From Eledone cirrhosa (taxonomy: Eukaryota): 64,000 nt of DNA. The translations under genes and the position numbers were made by a program. Location of the stretch: assembly GCA_964016885.1 (NCBI GenBank), contig OZ024743.1, positions 96,100,001 to 96,164,000 of the forward strand, given 5' to 3'. The notes under the pieces are model-generated. The model had not been told where the DNA came from, did not search any database, and worked only from the letters and a program-made list of their open reading frames with translations. How positions within the stretch are numbered: position 1 is the first letter of the stretch; each line of letters starts with the position of its first letter. Below, piece after piece: positions 13,294 to 27,790 of the stretch.

Positions 13294-13784
13294 TGTAGCA
13301 AGAGTTGCCTCACTTGTTATGACAATCACATCACCGCTCTCTAGACAGGAAGTAGCTGGAGTTATTTCCCGTTGGGGTGGCAGAACCCTTTTTGTCACTT
13401 CCGTCCGGACCCTATAAAAGGGACAGGTCAGGGCGATCTCACTCTCTCGCCTCCTGAATCCCAAAGTGTAAACAACACCTGCGACCTTGTCATGAGATGA
13501 CTCCTCTCTCATTTCCTTCGCCATCAAGAAGAAGAATTCCTCCCTCATTTCCTTCGCCACTCAAGAAGAATGCCACCGGCAGCCTAAGAAGATGTTAACA
13601 CCTCCAAGAGAAGATCTCTGTTCTTCTCCACACGCTTCAGCCTAGGAGTTGTGACCAACGGGTAACCATTTATTTATATTAATCCATTTGACTTCTGTGA
13701 AGTAAAAACCTTGTCACAACACACACCGGCATTTATTGTCATTTCTGATAATGCATATATGTACACCGATACTAATCTCCTAAA
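13294..13784 (+). repeat. 3' LTR of Gypsy element
   Basis: Starts tgtagc and ends ctcctaaa. Near-identical to the 5' LTR. Confidence 0.9.
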
Positions 13785-15074
13785 TATGCATGCATACACA
13801 CACACACATACATAAGCGCACGCACACACATACACACACACTCAAGTGTAGAGGTACACCTAAATGTTTAACTCACTTTTCTGGGGTAAGCGTTGATCTT
13901 GATATTATCTGATTTAATTCTAGTCGTTGTTGTTATTTAGCGCTGAGTCAACTCTGATCAAAAGATTTCTAACCAATACCATCCTATATATAGGACTAAG
14001 TTAGACTGCATCTTCTATTGTGGCCATCTCTTTACTAAACGATTTGTGCTATATTTGAATGTTATTTCTAGCAGATTAGATTACTATATATGGGTCTACC
14101 TCATACTCTAGAAATGCAACTTAACGGTGTGAACGTTTATGTGTTGATAGAAACGTGAGCAATGTCAGTGGATCTTGAATTACAAGCAACATTTCAATTA
14201 GATTATTGGTACACGGGTTGTAAGTTATCTTGAATCTCTTCCTCTTTACGGTTTCCAAAACTGATGTTCATGCATAAGATATACCTATATGTTATATGCA
14301 AATTATAATGTTTGGGAATAGAGTTGATAGAGTTAGCTTGCCACCCGAAACAGATATCATAGCGATCACCAAACAACCCTACATAAGTAGGTGCCGGTCA
14401 AAATGTGAATAACTTTCGAGAAGGTTCTTAACTGGATTAAATGTTTCAGTTTATATAAAAGTAGGGGTGTTGTTCTTGTTAGTCTTTGGGGGAGGGGTAT
14501 AACATACTTGTTTACCCTGACGTGGCATAAAAGTCGTACCAAGTAATGTTTAGTAGTTCTTCTGCCTAATCGTGGATCTAAGATGAAAATGTAATAAAAC
14601 TATGAACAAAGTTAAGATATACTCGATACATCAAATAAATATATATTACTAGTGGATTCGTCCCATCAACAATGTCGGCAATAGTGTTGAATGTATTTAA
14701 TGTTTCGAGTCCAGGATTATCGGTTCATGAACAATCATATAAATTCGAAAACTTGCGTCTTGATAAATTAATGGTTTGCATAAGAGAAACGCTCTAGATA
14801 AGAATAATATTTTAATAATTTCTTTCTCAGATATAATTTCATAAATATTTAGGTTATATGACCAAATGTCATACACTATTAAATATATAGGTAACTTTGG
14901 AGAAATACCTATTTACAGGGATAGATAGTTAGAACCCAAGATCATGTGACTTAAAAGCGAACTTCTTATTGTAGCAACGCGACTGAGATAGGAAATACAT
15001 TATGTATATTTTTGTAAGTTTGTAAATGTTAGAGTTAGAGACAGAGTCATATATAATTACATATGCAAACACAT

Positions 15075-15290
15075 ATGACGTATGGCAGTATCGGTAAAGT
15101 GTCGGACACCCTGCTTCGTGACATAGATTTACGGCCCTTTAGGTTCTGTGTTCAAATCCCGCCGAGGTTATTTTTTCCTTTCATACTTATGGCATCAATA
15201 AAATAAAGTACGAGTCCCGCACTGGGGTCGATTTAATCGACTTCCTCCTCGCTAAAATTGCTGGTCTTGTGCCTATAGTAGAAAATATTA
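15075..15290 (+). mobile_element. Family A SINE (partial copy also at ~15995-16165)
   Basis: Same head and body motifs as the reference copy. Confidence 0.8.
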
Positions 15291-16785
15291 TTATGGTTAC
15301 TTATATTACATTTAAAGCTGACATGTTTTATTATTCAAATGATGGAATTGTATGTCAAATTAAGATTATTTCCGATACTGGCAGCTTTTTACGATGTTCT
15401 CTATGCGGCATATCGTAAATTTCCGGCTGAGCTTATTGTTTATATCCGGTAGTTTAATGTGCTGTTATTTCTGTATTGTAATTAACCATGTAGAATTTAT
15501 TGTTGTGAGGGCATTTTAATGTTATCTTTCTACGTAAATCTGTTGTTTTTCTGATAGCTGGATTAGTATTAATATATGCAATGTAGTATGAACATTATAA
15601 TCAGAAACGCTTGTTTTGAAGAAAATACAACATTAACTCAATGACTAATAATATTCTAATAATTTAGAAAAGTATGGGAGACAACTCCGAATATGTTTCG
15701 GTGTTTCACACCTCATCAGCGAAGCATATACTTTACTGTACTTAGCAGTGTTGCGTTGAGAGAATAACTACGTAGATTTACAATAGGTAGGCATGGAATA
15801 TTAACATATATAAACAATAGCTAGCTGTTGTATAGTACTCAATGACACAACCCGTATGAAAAACACGATTTTTGTTGGCATTAACATATTCAATGTAGAG
15901 AGAATCAACAATCTATAAAGAAATAATATGTATACGGTGAGGAAAAGGCAACTTTTACTCTATGACGTATATCGTTTTTATTATTTTAGTAAGTACACCC
16001 TTTATGATCTGAGTTCAAATTCCGCCGAGGTGAATTTTGCCTTTCATCCTTACGGGGTCTATAAAATAAAGTACCAGTAACGCATTGGGGTCGATTTAAT
16101 CGGCTTTTCCCTTCCCCCCCCAAAAAAATTACTGGCCTTGTGCCTATATAAGAAATCATTATTTTAGTATGTACAGAAGACAACCCTACATATGTTTCGA
16201 AATTATTAGACCTCCTCAGCGAAGCATAGACTTGATCGTACTCTACGAAAAACTGATTAATGTTATTGTTATTCCTGTTGTTTTGCTTCAGATTAGCAAT
16301 GATTCTAACCATGACCAGGTTATTTTTTAGAGACAGTTGATGGTTGTTCCCTTCTTTTTTCATGTGTTTTTTCTTTAGGTAGTGGGGTATGATATGAGGG
16401 TGATTTCTCAGCTATTTTTGTCAGGTCGAACGAACACTTTGCCTTGAACAGATTAGTATTATAAGATAACATGAAAAGAAAAATATCGCTATGAGATATA
16501 GACTAAAATCTAATTATACCGAAGGAAAAGGTTTAGATAAAAACAAAACAACAGACAAGCTTAAAAAGACGAAATCAAAGTGAGGCTCATAAATACACTA
16601 AAGAAACTAATTAAGATAAACAAAAACATACTCTGGCCAATGTCCTGCAAGACTCGACACTGTATCAAAGCAACAATGATAAACAAAATATAGACTAAAA
16701 GTAGAAACAGAAGGTTGATTTTAGATGCACAAGATGGCTGCCAACTTGAACATTAGATCGTCAAATACATACAACTCGTCTCTCG

Positions 16786-17041
16786 TGTGGTGTGGTGTGA
16801 CAGCTCACACCTATGCAGATTTAGCTGGCCTCCTCCAAGGTATATCTCGCTGGAGGTGGCTTGGGTAATTTAATGATAGGGACCTCAGTCCTATCATCTC
16901 ATTTCTAGAGCTGAGTAAACTGGAGCAACATGAAATAAAGTGTCTTGCTCAAGGAAACAACACATCTACCGGTCCGAGAATTGAACTCACAACCTTTCGA
17001 TTGCAAGTCCAATGCTCTAACCACTAAGCCATGCGCCTTCA
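16786..17041 (-). mobile_element. Family B SINE
   Basis: Reverse complement of 40973-41205. Confidence 0.8.
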
Positions 17042-18060
17042 CTCTCATGTTACTACCACACAACTCATACATATCTCCTCATACTCCACTATTACACAAC
17101 TTCCCACACAATATTTTATTCCCCACTACCACACTGCTTCTCATGTCCTGCAAACCTTGACATTTTAAGTCAGTACCGTTAGTTATGTGTTATGAACGCT
17201 TATCAGCAAATGTACTTCACTACTGACCCACCAGAAAGGGAGCTAAGTGGGTGATCAATACCATTTTCCTCCGTGTATTTTTCACATCTTCCATAAAACA
17301 CCAACTATAATATCAAATTCCTACAGGATTTAATTATATCTAAATTAGAGCAGGTATATTATAGACCTAATGTTTGCGAAATTAACCTCTAAACTATTTA
17401 GCCGTATGGCGCCCATCCATGTGAATAAGACTTAAGAATTAAAAGAACACTGAAGTTGCTACACATTCTAAGCATCACAATCTCTTAACTCTCTTGTGAC
17501 AAGAAAATAAAGTGGCTACAGTGTGTCATTTAAAACAGCAATATCCAGACATTTGAATAAGAAACTGAAACATAAACTTGATACAGACTAGGTGTAAATG
17601 TTACAAATGTAAATTTAATTTACATCAAAGCCTGACCACATACATTTAACAAATTAATTATTAATGGACCTTAAGAAAATATTAAACTAAAAAACCACAA
17701 GGCCAAATAAACATCTGGCTCAAAAACATGATTATGTACTAAATTCCTTAGAAGAGTTGTAATATCATTGGGGATAAAAAAATAAGCAACCCAGTCTTAT
17801 ACAAACATATCTGTCGGTTTAACAACGGAAGAGCTTTTAGGTGCGGAAACATAGAGAGGGAGGAAAAGAACCGCTGTCAAGGATAATTCCTTATTCTATT
17901 ATTAAAAACCTTATGATGTGTGAAATAGGAAGTGGGGCCTAACCTATCAATGTGATAAATTGAAAATACCTCATTTATGGACTCCAGAATACATGAAATA
18001 TTCGGCATCCATAATGCAATAAGCCTCCTATATACAAGAAAACGCGATGTCGTTGCGAAC

Positions 18061-18112
<52 letters not shown>

Positions 18113-18135
18113 ATGGTAGTAGTAGTAGCAGTAGC

Positions 18136-18203
<68 letters not shown>

Positions 18204-18206
18204 CAA

Positions 18207-18239
<33 letters not shown>

Positions 18240-18315
18240 CAGCAATAGTAGTAGTAGTAGTAGCAGTAGTAGTAGTGATAGTAGTAGTAGCAGCAGCAGC
18301 AATAGTAGTAGCAGC

Positions 18316-18388
<73 letters not shown>

Positions 18389-18475
18389 ATAGTAGTAGTA
18401 TCAGCAGCAGCAATAATAGTAGTAGTAGCAGTAGTAGTAGTAGTAATAGTAGTAGTAGGTAGTGGTAGTAGTGGT
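18061..18475. repeat. (AGT)n/(AGC) trinucleotide repeat
   Basis: ~415 bp of agt with occasional agc/aat/gat. Explains the poly-S, poly-V and poly-L ORFs. Confidence 0.97.
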
Positions 18476-19352
18476 CATAACAGTGGTGACCTGTATAACA
18501 AAAATCAATTGGTACTGTAGTATTATTTAACATTTTACAAGAAGAAACAGTGCTAAATGTTTTATTGTTAGCTGCAATGTTAATGGGCTTAAAGCAATGG
18601 GCAAAACTGTCTTCATTCTACTCCGTAACTTATTGATTTTCCTACACTCAAAACATTTAATTTCAAAGCCTAGAAAAATAATGCAAATTTAATGAAGTAT
18701 TTGTTTCTGTCTGAAATGAAAAGCAGCATAAATAGAAAGTTACAAAATCAACTGTTGACTATTGAGTCGGCGGTGGATGATTGACCAACGAGTTGAGAGG
18801 TCAGTTTGTTAATGGCAAAAATACTGAAATATTACTAGCTTAGTCTATATAACTATAGATCAATATTATGAGTAAATATATCTTGATTCTATAAACCACA
18901 ATTTCACCGCATAAATGACGACCTATTGCTTTGTAGTTTTGACAATTATATACCTGGAATATTAGCTTGGACAAGCAGTCTACTGAGTCCAAAAGTGTTT
19001 CTTTACATTTTTCCAGTAAACATTTTTCATTAGTAAATATGAAACATTTAGCGGGACGGTGTTGTCCGCCCTTGAGAATGAGTCCCACAAGCTGGAATAG
19101 CTCTTTTAGGTAATCCAGTTAGAGGTTGTGAGTACTCTGTACTATGGATAGTTTCAACGTACGGCGTTGTTTGACTCAAGAATTCCGATGATTTGATCAG
19201 AGACACACACTGTATTTAAGGTCGAGTGACGCAATTTTGAGTGATTAGCGGCTTTTAGACTCGCCTGATCAATGAAACAATTGTTAATACAGTAAATAAA
19301 ACTTTTTTTGTACAGCCGACCTTGTTATTCTTCACTCTTTCACTACTATATA

Positions 19353-19449
<97 letters not shown>

Positions 19450-20230
19450 GTATGCATACGTACACACATATATATATATATACACACACATGCTAGGGCG
19501 AGAAATAAAATTCTAATTTTGTTTATGCATATATGTATATATATATAGATATATATAGATATATTTATATACTTCTTTTGTATATTTGCTTTGAAATATA
19601 CTTTATATAGAATTGATTTACATTTTTGGAGGGCCAATATAAACACTTGCACAAGTTGAGGTCCACTTCGGTTTCATTTTTAGTCGGGTAACTTATCCAT
19701 CCCTTTGTTAGTTAAGTAACTGGATGGTTATTTAATTGTCAAAACTAGTTCGTCACATATCGCTTTACATCGGCAGTTGCCTGATAAATAATTTATTTAT
19801 ACAACTATTTCTTCTGAATGTAATAATCCAACAACATATCGTAACCAGAATATCATAGTCACCATCCAAGCCTCATAACAGAATAAAGGAAGTTTGGAGA
19901 TTAAAGTGGCTAGTCTGATTTTAAAAGGAAATAAATCCTGCCATCAAAAGCAAAGAGTTGTACGACACTAATTGGCTAATACTAATTTGGTCCTGTCACA
20001 AAACCTCACCTGATCAAGCCTTAATATATGTGCAAATTAGAGCTAAGAGTAGCTTCCATTATATTTTGATAAAGGATTTCTAAAGCCGAGATATCATAAT
20101 ATAAAAGAAAACTGTAAACGCCTGTCTTGCACTGTAGAGGTTTTCTAATATGCTTTTAAATTAATTTCACAATAATTCATGAAAGCTAAACTAATTTAAC
20201 ATACATATGTCTGCCATTCATTGTGCGTGT

Positions 20231-20410
<180 letters not shown>

Positions 20411-21179
20411 TCCTTTGTGTATGCAAACGTGTTTGTTTGTGTCTTTTAGTGATGTAGTAGATGAACAAAAGATACAAAATAGTTGCTTGCGTGATATTTG
20501 TCCCGCCTGAAATACACAGACCGTCCTTTGTCGCATGCGCTATCGACAACCAGTGATTCTCTTTATAATGTGCTGATGTTAAGGTTGCAATCATACAAAT
20601 ATTACCCGTTCCTTAAATTATAATCTAATGTTTAGATTATGTTTGCTGTGAAAGCTTGTCAGGTGAAGTGAATTAGACTATGCTACGGAGGATTGAGAAA
20701 ACTACATCAAATTACTGGAAAATGAACAGATTTAAAAGGAAGAAAAGACATATTTGTGACACACAACAATTTATTGGTTAAGCCTCTTTAGAAAGAACTA
20801 ACATTTTTGACAGGCATTCTGTGACCACTCTTACACTCTTAAGGGAAACTGCATCTTGCTTTCAATAGAATCTTGCGAACTCTATCTAAATAAACTGACT
20901 GGCTTGTAAATTTCGTTCCTTCTTCTTTGAATAAATTTTTACATAAAACTTTTTTTTGTACGAAACTGATTATATATGTGTGTGTGTGTGGGGGGGGGGT
21001 TGTATGTGCGTGTGTGTGCGCGTTTAGATCCCGAGTGAAATCGTGAGTAACCACAGTTTAAAAAGTACTCAATACAATTGTAAAGTCTAAACATCCTTAT
21101 TTAATAAAGAAATAGTTTCTACGGGATGATTTCATAAGAATGAAACAGTTCTAGTTCTGTAGAAACCATTTCTATATTA

Positions 21180-21792
21180 AATAATGATTTCCGATTCAGG
21201 CACAAGGCCAACAATTTGGGGCGGGAGGGAAAGTCGATCAAATCGACCCCAGTCCATTACTGGTACTTTAGTTATCGACCCCGTAGGGATGAAAGGCATA
21301 GCTCACCTCGGTGGGATTTGAACTCAGATTGTAAAGAGTCGTAACTCTGTGCCACGAAGCATGGTGTCCGATGATCTACCGATACTGCCAATCCCCTACC
21401 CTTTAAATAATTGTTTCTACTTTAGGCACAAGGCCAGCAATTACCCAGTGCATTACAGGTACTTTATTTTATCGACCCCGTAAGGATGAAAGGCAAAGTT
21501 GACCTCGGCGGGATTTGAACTCAGATCGTAAAGGGGCGTAACTATGCTGGAAAGCATGGCGTCCGACCCTCTACCAATACTGCCAATCCACCACCCTTTA
21601 AATAATGGTTTCTTATATAGGCACAAGGCCATCAATTTTGGCGGAGGGGAAAGTCGATCAAATCGACCCCAGTGCGTTACTGGTACTTTATTTTATCGAC
21701 CACGTAAAGTCCCCGAACTCAGAACGTAAAGGGCCGTAACTCTGTGCCACGAAGCATGGTGTTCGACACTCTACCAATACAGCCAATCCATC
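21180..21792 (-). mobile_element. Three head-to-tail family A SINEs
   Basis: Copies at ~21180-21402, 21405-21598 and 21600-21792. Confidence 0.85.
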
Positions 21793-23569
21793 ATAATATA
21801 ATTTGTTTTAAACTGTAGTGTCACAAATCGTGACCCTAAGTTTCAAGGTTTTGCCGTTTCCGAAGCATTAAAAGAGATTAATCAAATTATATTTATAATA
21901 ATTACATACTAAATAAAGATTGTTGAATACGCACGTTAACACTAGAAAATCGTCTAATTTGGTTCGAGTGTGGCATGCAACAGTATTATACAAGGCTGTC
22001 AATATTTCGAAATATTTTCATAAAAATTTCCGATTTATTACAAAAACATTAAATTCCAAAAATTGTTTCCCATGTTTTAATATTTTCCAAATTATTTTAT
22101 AGCTTTTCGTATTGTTATTTTTAAAGACCAGATGTACTTCGAGAAACTTCTGTCCAAATATCTTTCAGAATTTCTGTAAGTTTGTTATGTTCATTGAATT
22201 TTAACTTAAAAGAATTGCTAGTCAATTAGGTATAATCCTTAGAAACTGAAATATTGGCAGTAAATACTTCCCCCCAATAAACTATCGATTTTAAAAGACA
22301 AGCTATTTAATGGACAGTTTACAAGGTTAAAACGATTGCATGGAATGTAAAAGTTGGATGTAAATAGCTGTTTCAGATTTACTATAAATATTTGCTATTT
22401 CTCTAGCAAAATTATGTGTAAAGCTGAAACTTACTTTAAGGTTATTCTATTAAAAGATCTGCGGGGAAATATTTATCCAATGTTTCTTTTTGTTTTGATA
22501 CATTTCTATAACCTTTAATTGAGTATAAAAACAAATAAGGTAAAACTCGGAATTTAAGGAAAGTCGACCCTAATTATGACTAATAGCTCTAGGAAAGCCA
22601 TGAACGACACCTCACCTTTTTAACTTTGATTTTGAAAGAAGGTTTATAATTATTAATTTTCATTATAATTTTGTAGCTGTCTCGGCGGCCTAGTTCGAGG
22701 AATCATAGACGCTGGTGGTCCTGGTCTGAAGTTCGATCCTGGTCGGGAGTAGGGTCCCCGGCAAACCTTTTCATTTTTTTCCTATGGGATGTAAAATAAA
22801 AACTGAAAAAAGGTTACATGTACCTCTCAAAGAGGATTGAACCCAAGACCGTGATCTCCACCGTCTCTAGTACCTACCGCTAGTCCACTGAGAAAGCTAC
22901 GAAAAACTTCTGAAAATTCATACTTATATATATATATATATATATATATGCAGTTTAATCCTAGAAATTAAATGAAAATTAAAGAATAGTGAAGATTTTA
23001 TAAAGAGAATATCATAATTAAATAATTTGAGTAATATATGATCTAAATATATTATATGTATTGATAGTGACTTATGTATGGTATTTGATTGTAATACATA
23101 TGTAATCATTATTCAAATACGCTTTAATGAATGATTAATTCTTTTAAAGTTGTAACAAAATATTTATAGAATATCTTAACTTAAAATAAAAAAAAATAAT
23201 CTATAATGAGTTAAATTAAATTATATAAATTTTTAATTAAACTATATATGTGATTGCTATGGAAAATAATCTATACTGATTAATTTTGATATCTATATAT
23301 ATATAAAACTGTAGTTGTCTGGGGGTGTGTGTGTGTCCTCATTTTTGCAAAGTCTATACAAATCCACATTTCTACTCCGATTGACTTCAAACTTGCATTT
23401 ATATATTCCTTGTGGTCTAAAGATATTAACTGCAGCTTTGTTTTTCAATTTTCTGTTGTTAAAGGGAATCGATCTCTGTCGCGCCCTTATAATATCTGCC
23501 TGTATGCCTGTCTGTCTGCATAATGACATTATGACCATTGCTGACGTATTATCCTCGCCACATTCACAT

Positions 23570-23696
<127 letters not shown>

Positions 23697-24038
23697 CACA
23701 TATATATACACATATATACACATATACATACAAATATATATATATATATATATATATTATAATTGAATATAAAAGAAAGACGAACACAGATATATACATA
23801 TATGTGTTCAAATCGTAAGGAATCAGATTCGCTAAGGTGAAAAGAATACTAACTATAGACAATAGGATTTGCCAGACTCAATTTAAGAATAAATCAAGAA
23901 AATAAATACAAACCTGGCTGCTATTTTTAGTGGTGTGATTTTATGAGACACGCTAAGTTCAGATACCATGTGCGTTATTATATATACGCACACTGTTCAG
24001 TTTTTAATATACTTAGAAGTGACCTGGATACTAATACT

Positions 24039-24118
24039 TCACCCACTGATGAGCAAGAATTGGTATTCCTCTTCACAGTTAATTTTGCGAAACAGCATTA
24101 CCAAATTTGTCTGGGTGA
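24039..24118 (+). ncRNA. Type I hammerhead ribozyme, canonical core
   Basis: Stem I tcaccca/tgggtga, CTGATGA, stem II gcaagaatt/aattttgc, GAAAC, GTC at 24109-24111. Confidence 0.8.
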
Positions 24119-24383
24119 TTGGTATTTACCACAATTCCGGTTTGTATTTATTTTCTTGATTTATTCTTAAATTGAGTCTGGCAAACCCTATTGTCTAATT
24201 GTCCATAGTTAGTATTCTTTCACCTTAGCGAATCTGATCCCTTACGATTTGAACACATATATGTATATATCTGTGTTCGTTTTTCTTTTATATTCGATTA
24301 TAATATACGGCTCGGAAATATCTCTTTCCTAGAGCTATTTTATTGTAAGAGACTATTTTGAGTTTCTAACTCAATATATACTT

Positions 24384-24468
<85 letters not shown>

Positions 24469-24539
24469 CACACATATACACACATATACACACATATACT
24501 TAATATATAAATATACACATAAAAATATATCTATCTATA

Positions 24540-24770
24540 TAGGGCGGGTAAAATTCCCGAGATCCATGGACGACTTCTCTCCACCAGTCTATGTCCCTCA
24601 TTATCGCTGCCATGTCCTGCGTCTCCAACATACCACTGTCTGTCCTTAGGGCTTTAACATATGTTAACTTTGGTCTTCCTCTTCCAGTGTGTCCATGCAG
24701 GGGTTCCCACAGGAGCACTGAGTGCGGTGTCAACTCTGGATATCGGTGAGCATGTCCAGTTCGTGAGTTT
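24540..24770 (-). mobile_element. RTE-like LINE 3' fragment
   Basis: LLWEPLHGHTGRGRPKLTY..L..D.G. Second copy at 44081-44270. Both end cccgccc(ta)n. Confidence 0.75.
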
Positions 24771-25584
24771 TTAACAGGCGCTCACAAATACACATTTCTC
24801 ATTGGAGGTGCTATTACCAATGTTCTTATCCGTGCAACGCTGGGATACACTGCTAGTAATATATAAGTATAATTAGCTAATGCATAATCAAATACTAAAG
24901 ATATTCAATTGTCTTGTTGAATTGATTGGATGTCCTATTTGATCCAGTATTTCAAATGTATTTGAAATGATCGAAATGAAATAGGTTTAAGTAGAGAAAT
25001 GCAAAGACAAATGGTGAAAGATCGAGGTGTATAAAATAAGAATGTCAATACAAAAGGTTCTGATGTTGTTCTTTGGTAATCATAATGGTGACGATGCTGC
25101 TGATAATGTGATATCGTAGTAGATTCTAATGGTATAAAAGGGATAAGGAATAGATAATGGAATTAAGTTGGTCTAAAGTTCTCGAATTTCGTTGCTGATT
25201 TGTGCCGGCAAAAAAATACTTCGTTCAATTCTACTGTTAAGAAGGGTTTTGTTGAAATTAAGAATTTGGAAAAGTTGGAGGTTGCATGTATTTTAAATTG
25301 AGTGACACTGCCTTCAGTGTTTAGCAATTTCTAGACAACTCTATCATAGAAACAATTGTTAGACTGTAAATAAATTTCCTTGTTTGTACCGTTGACTATG
25401 TTATTCTTCACTTTTTCAATTTTATCACTCCAAGATATACTTACATAGGAATACAAGTGAAGTCATAAACTCGTCATCCACGTAAACCTCCTGTTGAGTC
25501 ATACAACGCCGTACGCTTAAACTATCCATGATAAGTAGTTTTCACAACCTCTTATCGGATTACCTTTAACGATATATTGCTATC

Positions 25585-25641
<57 letters not shown>

Positions 25642-27084
25642 TATTAAAATAACAGATTAAAGTTTAAGAAAAGAATCGTTGCTTTCACCCTTAACGGGAT
25701 CTTCTGAAACTAAAAAATCAATCTGTGAACGCAGAAGTAAATATTTCGAAAAACGTTGCAACCGAAGGAAAACAGGAAGACGATACTTTGGTTCGTGGAG
25801 ACGTTCCCTGGCAATGAACGGGAAAAAGTGAAGATAATACGTCGTTATGTGGAGTGATGAGAACAATTACACGCAAAGACAAACCACGTTTATGGTATAA
25901 ATGAAGTCGTAGACTAATATTCTATTTAGGAAACTGAATGATTCTCGGCTTCAGAGTTGAGAATAATGTAAATAAATTAGTAGAACGAAAATGACAGAGG
26001 TTATTAAAATAAAAAATAATTAAATATATACATACACGACTTCATTTATACCATAAACGTGGTTTTGTCTTTGCGTATAATTGTTATCACCGATCCACAT
26101 AACGACGTATTATCTTCGCTTTTTTCCGTTCATTGCTTAAACTTTAATCTGTTATTTTAATAAATATTTGCTCTAGGGTTCTTATATATTTGATATATAT
26201 TTATCCTTATCGATCCCTCTTTGTATTTTAGTCTTCACATTTATTAGTACTACTATATATATACATATACATACCACCTTCACCACTAATACACTGAGCT
26301 TTAGATTTAGTAGAATGTACAACCACTGATTCCACCTATTTGCACTATCATATATTTTGGTTTCTATTAATTTCTCAGAGAATTGGTTGACCAAATGCTT
26401 TGCTTAATTGTTTTATTTATTTTAAAAGAAAGTTTATTTTTTCTCTTAGATTTCAGGTATTTTTTGAAAGCAAAGCAATGGCCCCTAAAATACGACAGTG
26501 GGCTCTGCAATGCTACTGTGGGCTTTGCAATGCTACCGTGGGCCCCCTGGGGCCCACTTGCCATTGGGCAACCTGGCAACCTGGCCAGTCCGCCACTGTA
26601 TATATATATATATATACGCTTCTTAGCACTCCTCAAAATTCTTTATTTTCATCACACCCCTCTTGACTTAATGTCCGTCTATTTCATTTAGTATATATTC
26701 TTTCAATCTTTACTTAATTTATACACCCTCCCCCCTCGTGTTCTCTCTCCAATTTCAACTAACCTCGTTTTGCCACAATTGTTTTCACCTTTCATATTAT
26801 TTCCTTCCATATCTTTCCCCTCACACCACATCCAATGCTGTCATTTTTCACTCTACCTCAACACTTAACACTTCACGTTACTCTTTCAGTTATTTATTTC
26901 CCATTTCTCTTTCACGGTGTTATTAGACTCCATATGCTTTCTCTTGGAAGGAAAGCTGTCCGGAACTACTTACTGCAGTTAAACCAAATAATTTTACGTT
27001 TTCTATTTTTTTCCAGTCTAAAATTAATAGGATTAGTATTTATATAATTTTATTCTTAAAACCACTGCATTTTATCGTTTTATT

Positions 27085-27790
27085 GTAATTGTTTCTACTT
27101 TTGGCACAAGGCCAGCTATTATCCCAGTGTATTACTAGTACTTTATTTTATCGACCCCATAAGGATGAACGACAAAGTTAACATCGGCGGGATTTGAACT
27201 CAGACCATAAAGGGACGTAACTATGTTGGAAAGCATGGCGTCCTACTCTCTACCGATACTGCCAATCCACCACCTTATCGTTTTATTATAATATGAGGTT
27301 GCTTTTGTGTAGGAACGTATAACAGATGATATCTGAATAACCTCGTCTTAATATTGTTCACTAAATTATTTTTAATGGCAATTTAGTATTTTGAAGTGAT
27401 ATTTATATACTATAATTTTTCGTTTGGTTTCCTAATTTGTTAACATTCATTCGTTTCTAACATCTACATAATATCATAATAACTTTCAATTTGTATCATC
27501 AGTAATTTAGTGATATAAATCTCTAAACAACTTAATGAGATTTGAAATGTAGTCGCTGTAGAAATGACCGTAATATTGGTTTCTAATTTAGGCACAAGGC
27601 CAACAATTTTGTGGGGAGGGTAAAGTCGATTAAATCGACCCAGTGCATTACTGGTACTTTATTTCATCACCCCCCCCCCCCGTAAGGATGAAAGGCAATA
27701 TTAACCTTGGCAGGATTTGAACTCAGTTCGTAAAAGGCTGTAACTCTATGCCATAAAGCATGATGTCCGACGCTCCCCAATACTGCCAAT
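27085..27790 (-). mobile_element. Two family A SINEs (27085-27277, 27573-27790); another at ~32795-32920
   Basis: Same motifs on the minus strand. Confidence 0.8.

Larger units (their letters stand above)
7249..13784 (+). mobile_element. Ty3/Gypsy LTR retrotransposon, near full-length, coding-defective
   Basis: Two ~480-bp direct repeats flank gag and PR-RT-RH-IN pol, with a PBS after the left LTR. Only 4 mismatches seen between the LTRs. No clear TSD. Confidence 0.95.

Noticed and set aside
17877-18533. Poly-L, poly-S and poly-V ORFs
   Set aside because: They are translations of the (AGT)n microsatellite.
26480-26598. hAT-like transposon end (cagtggcggactgg on the minus strand)
   Set aside because: No matching opposite terminus or TSD was found.
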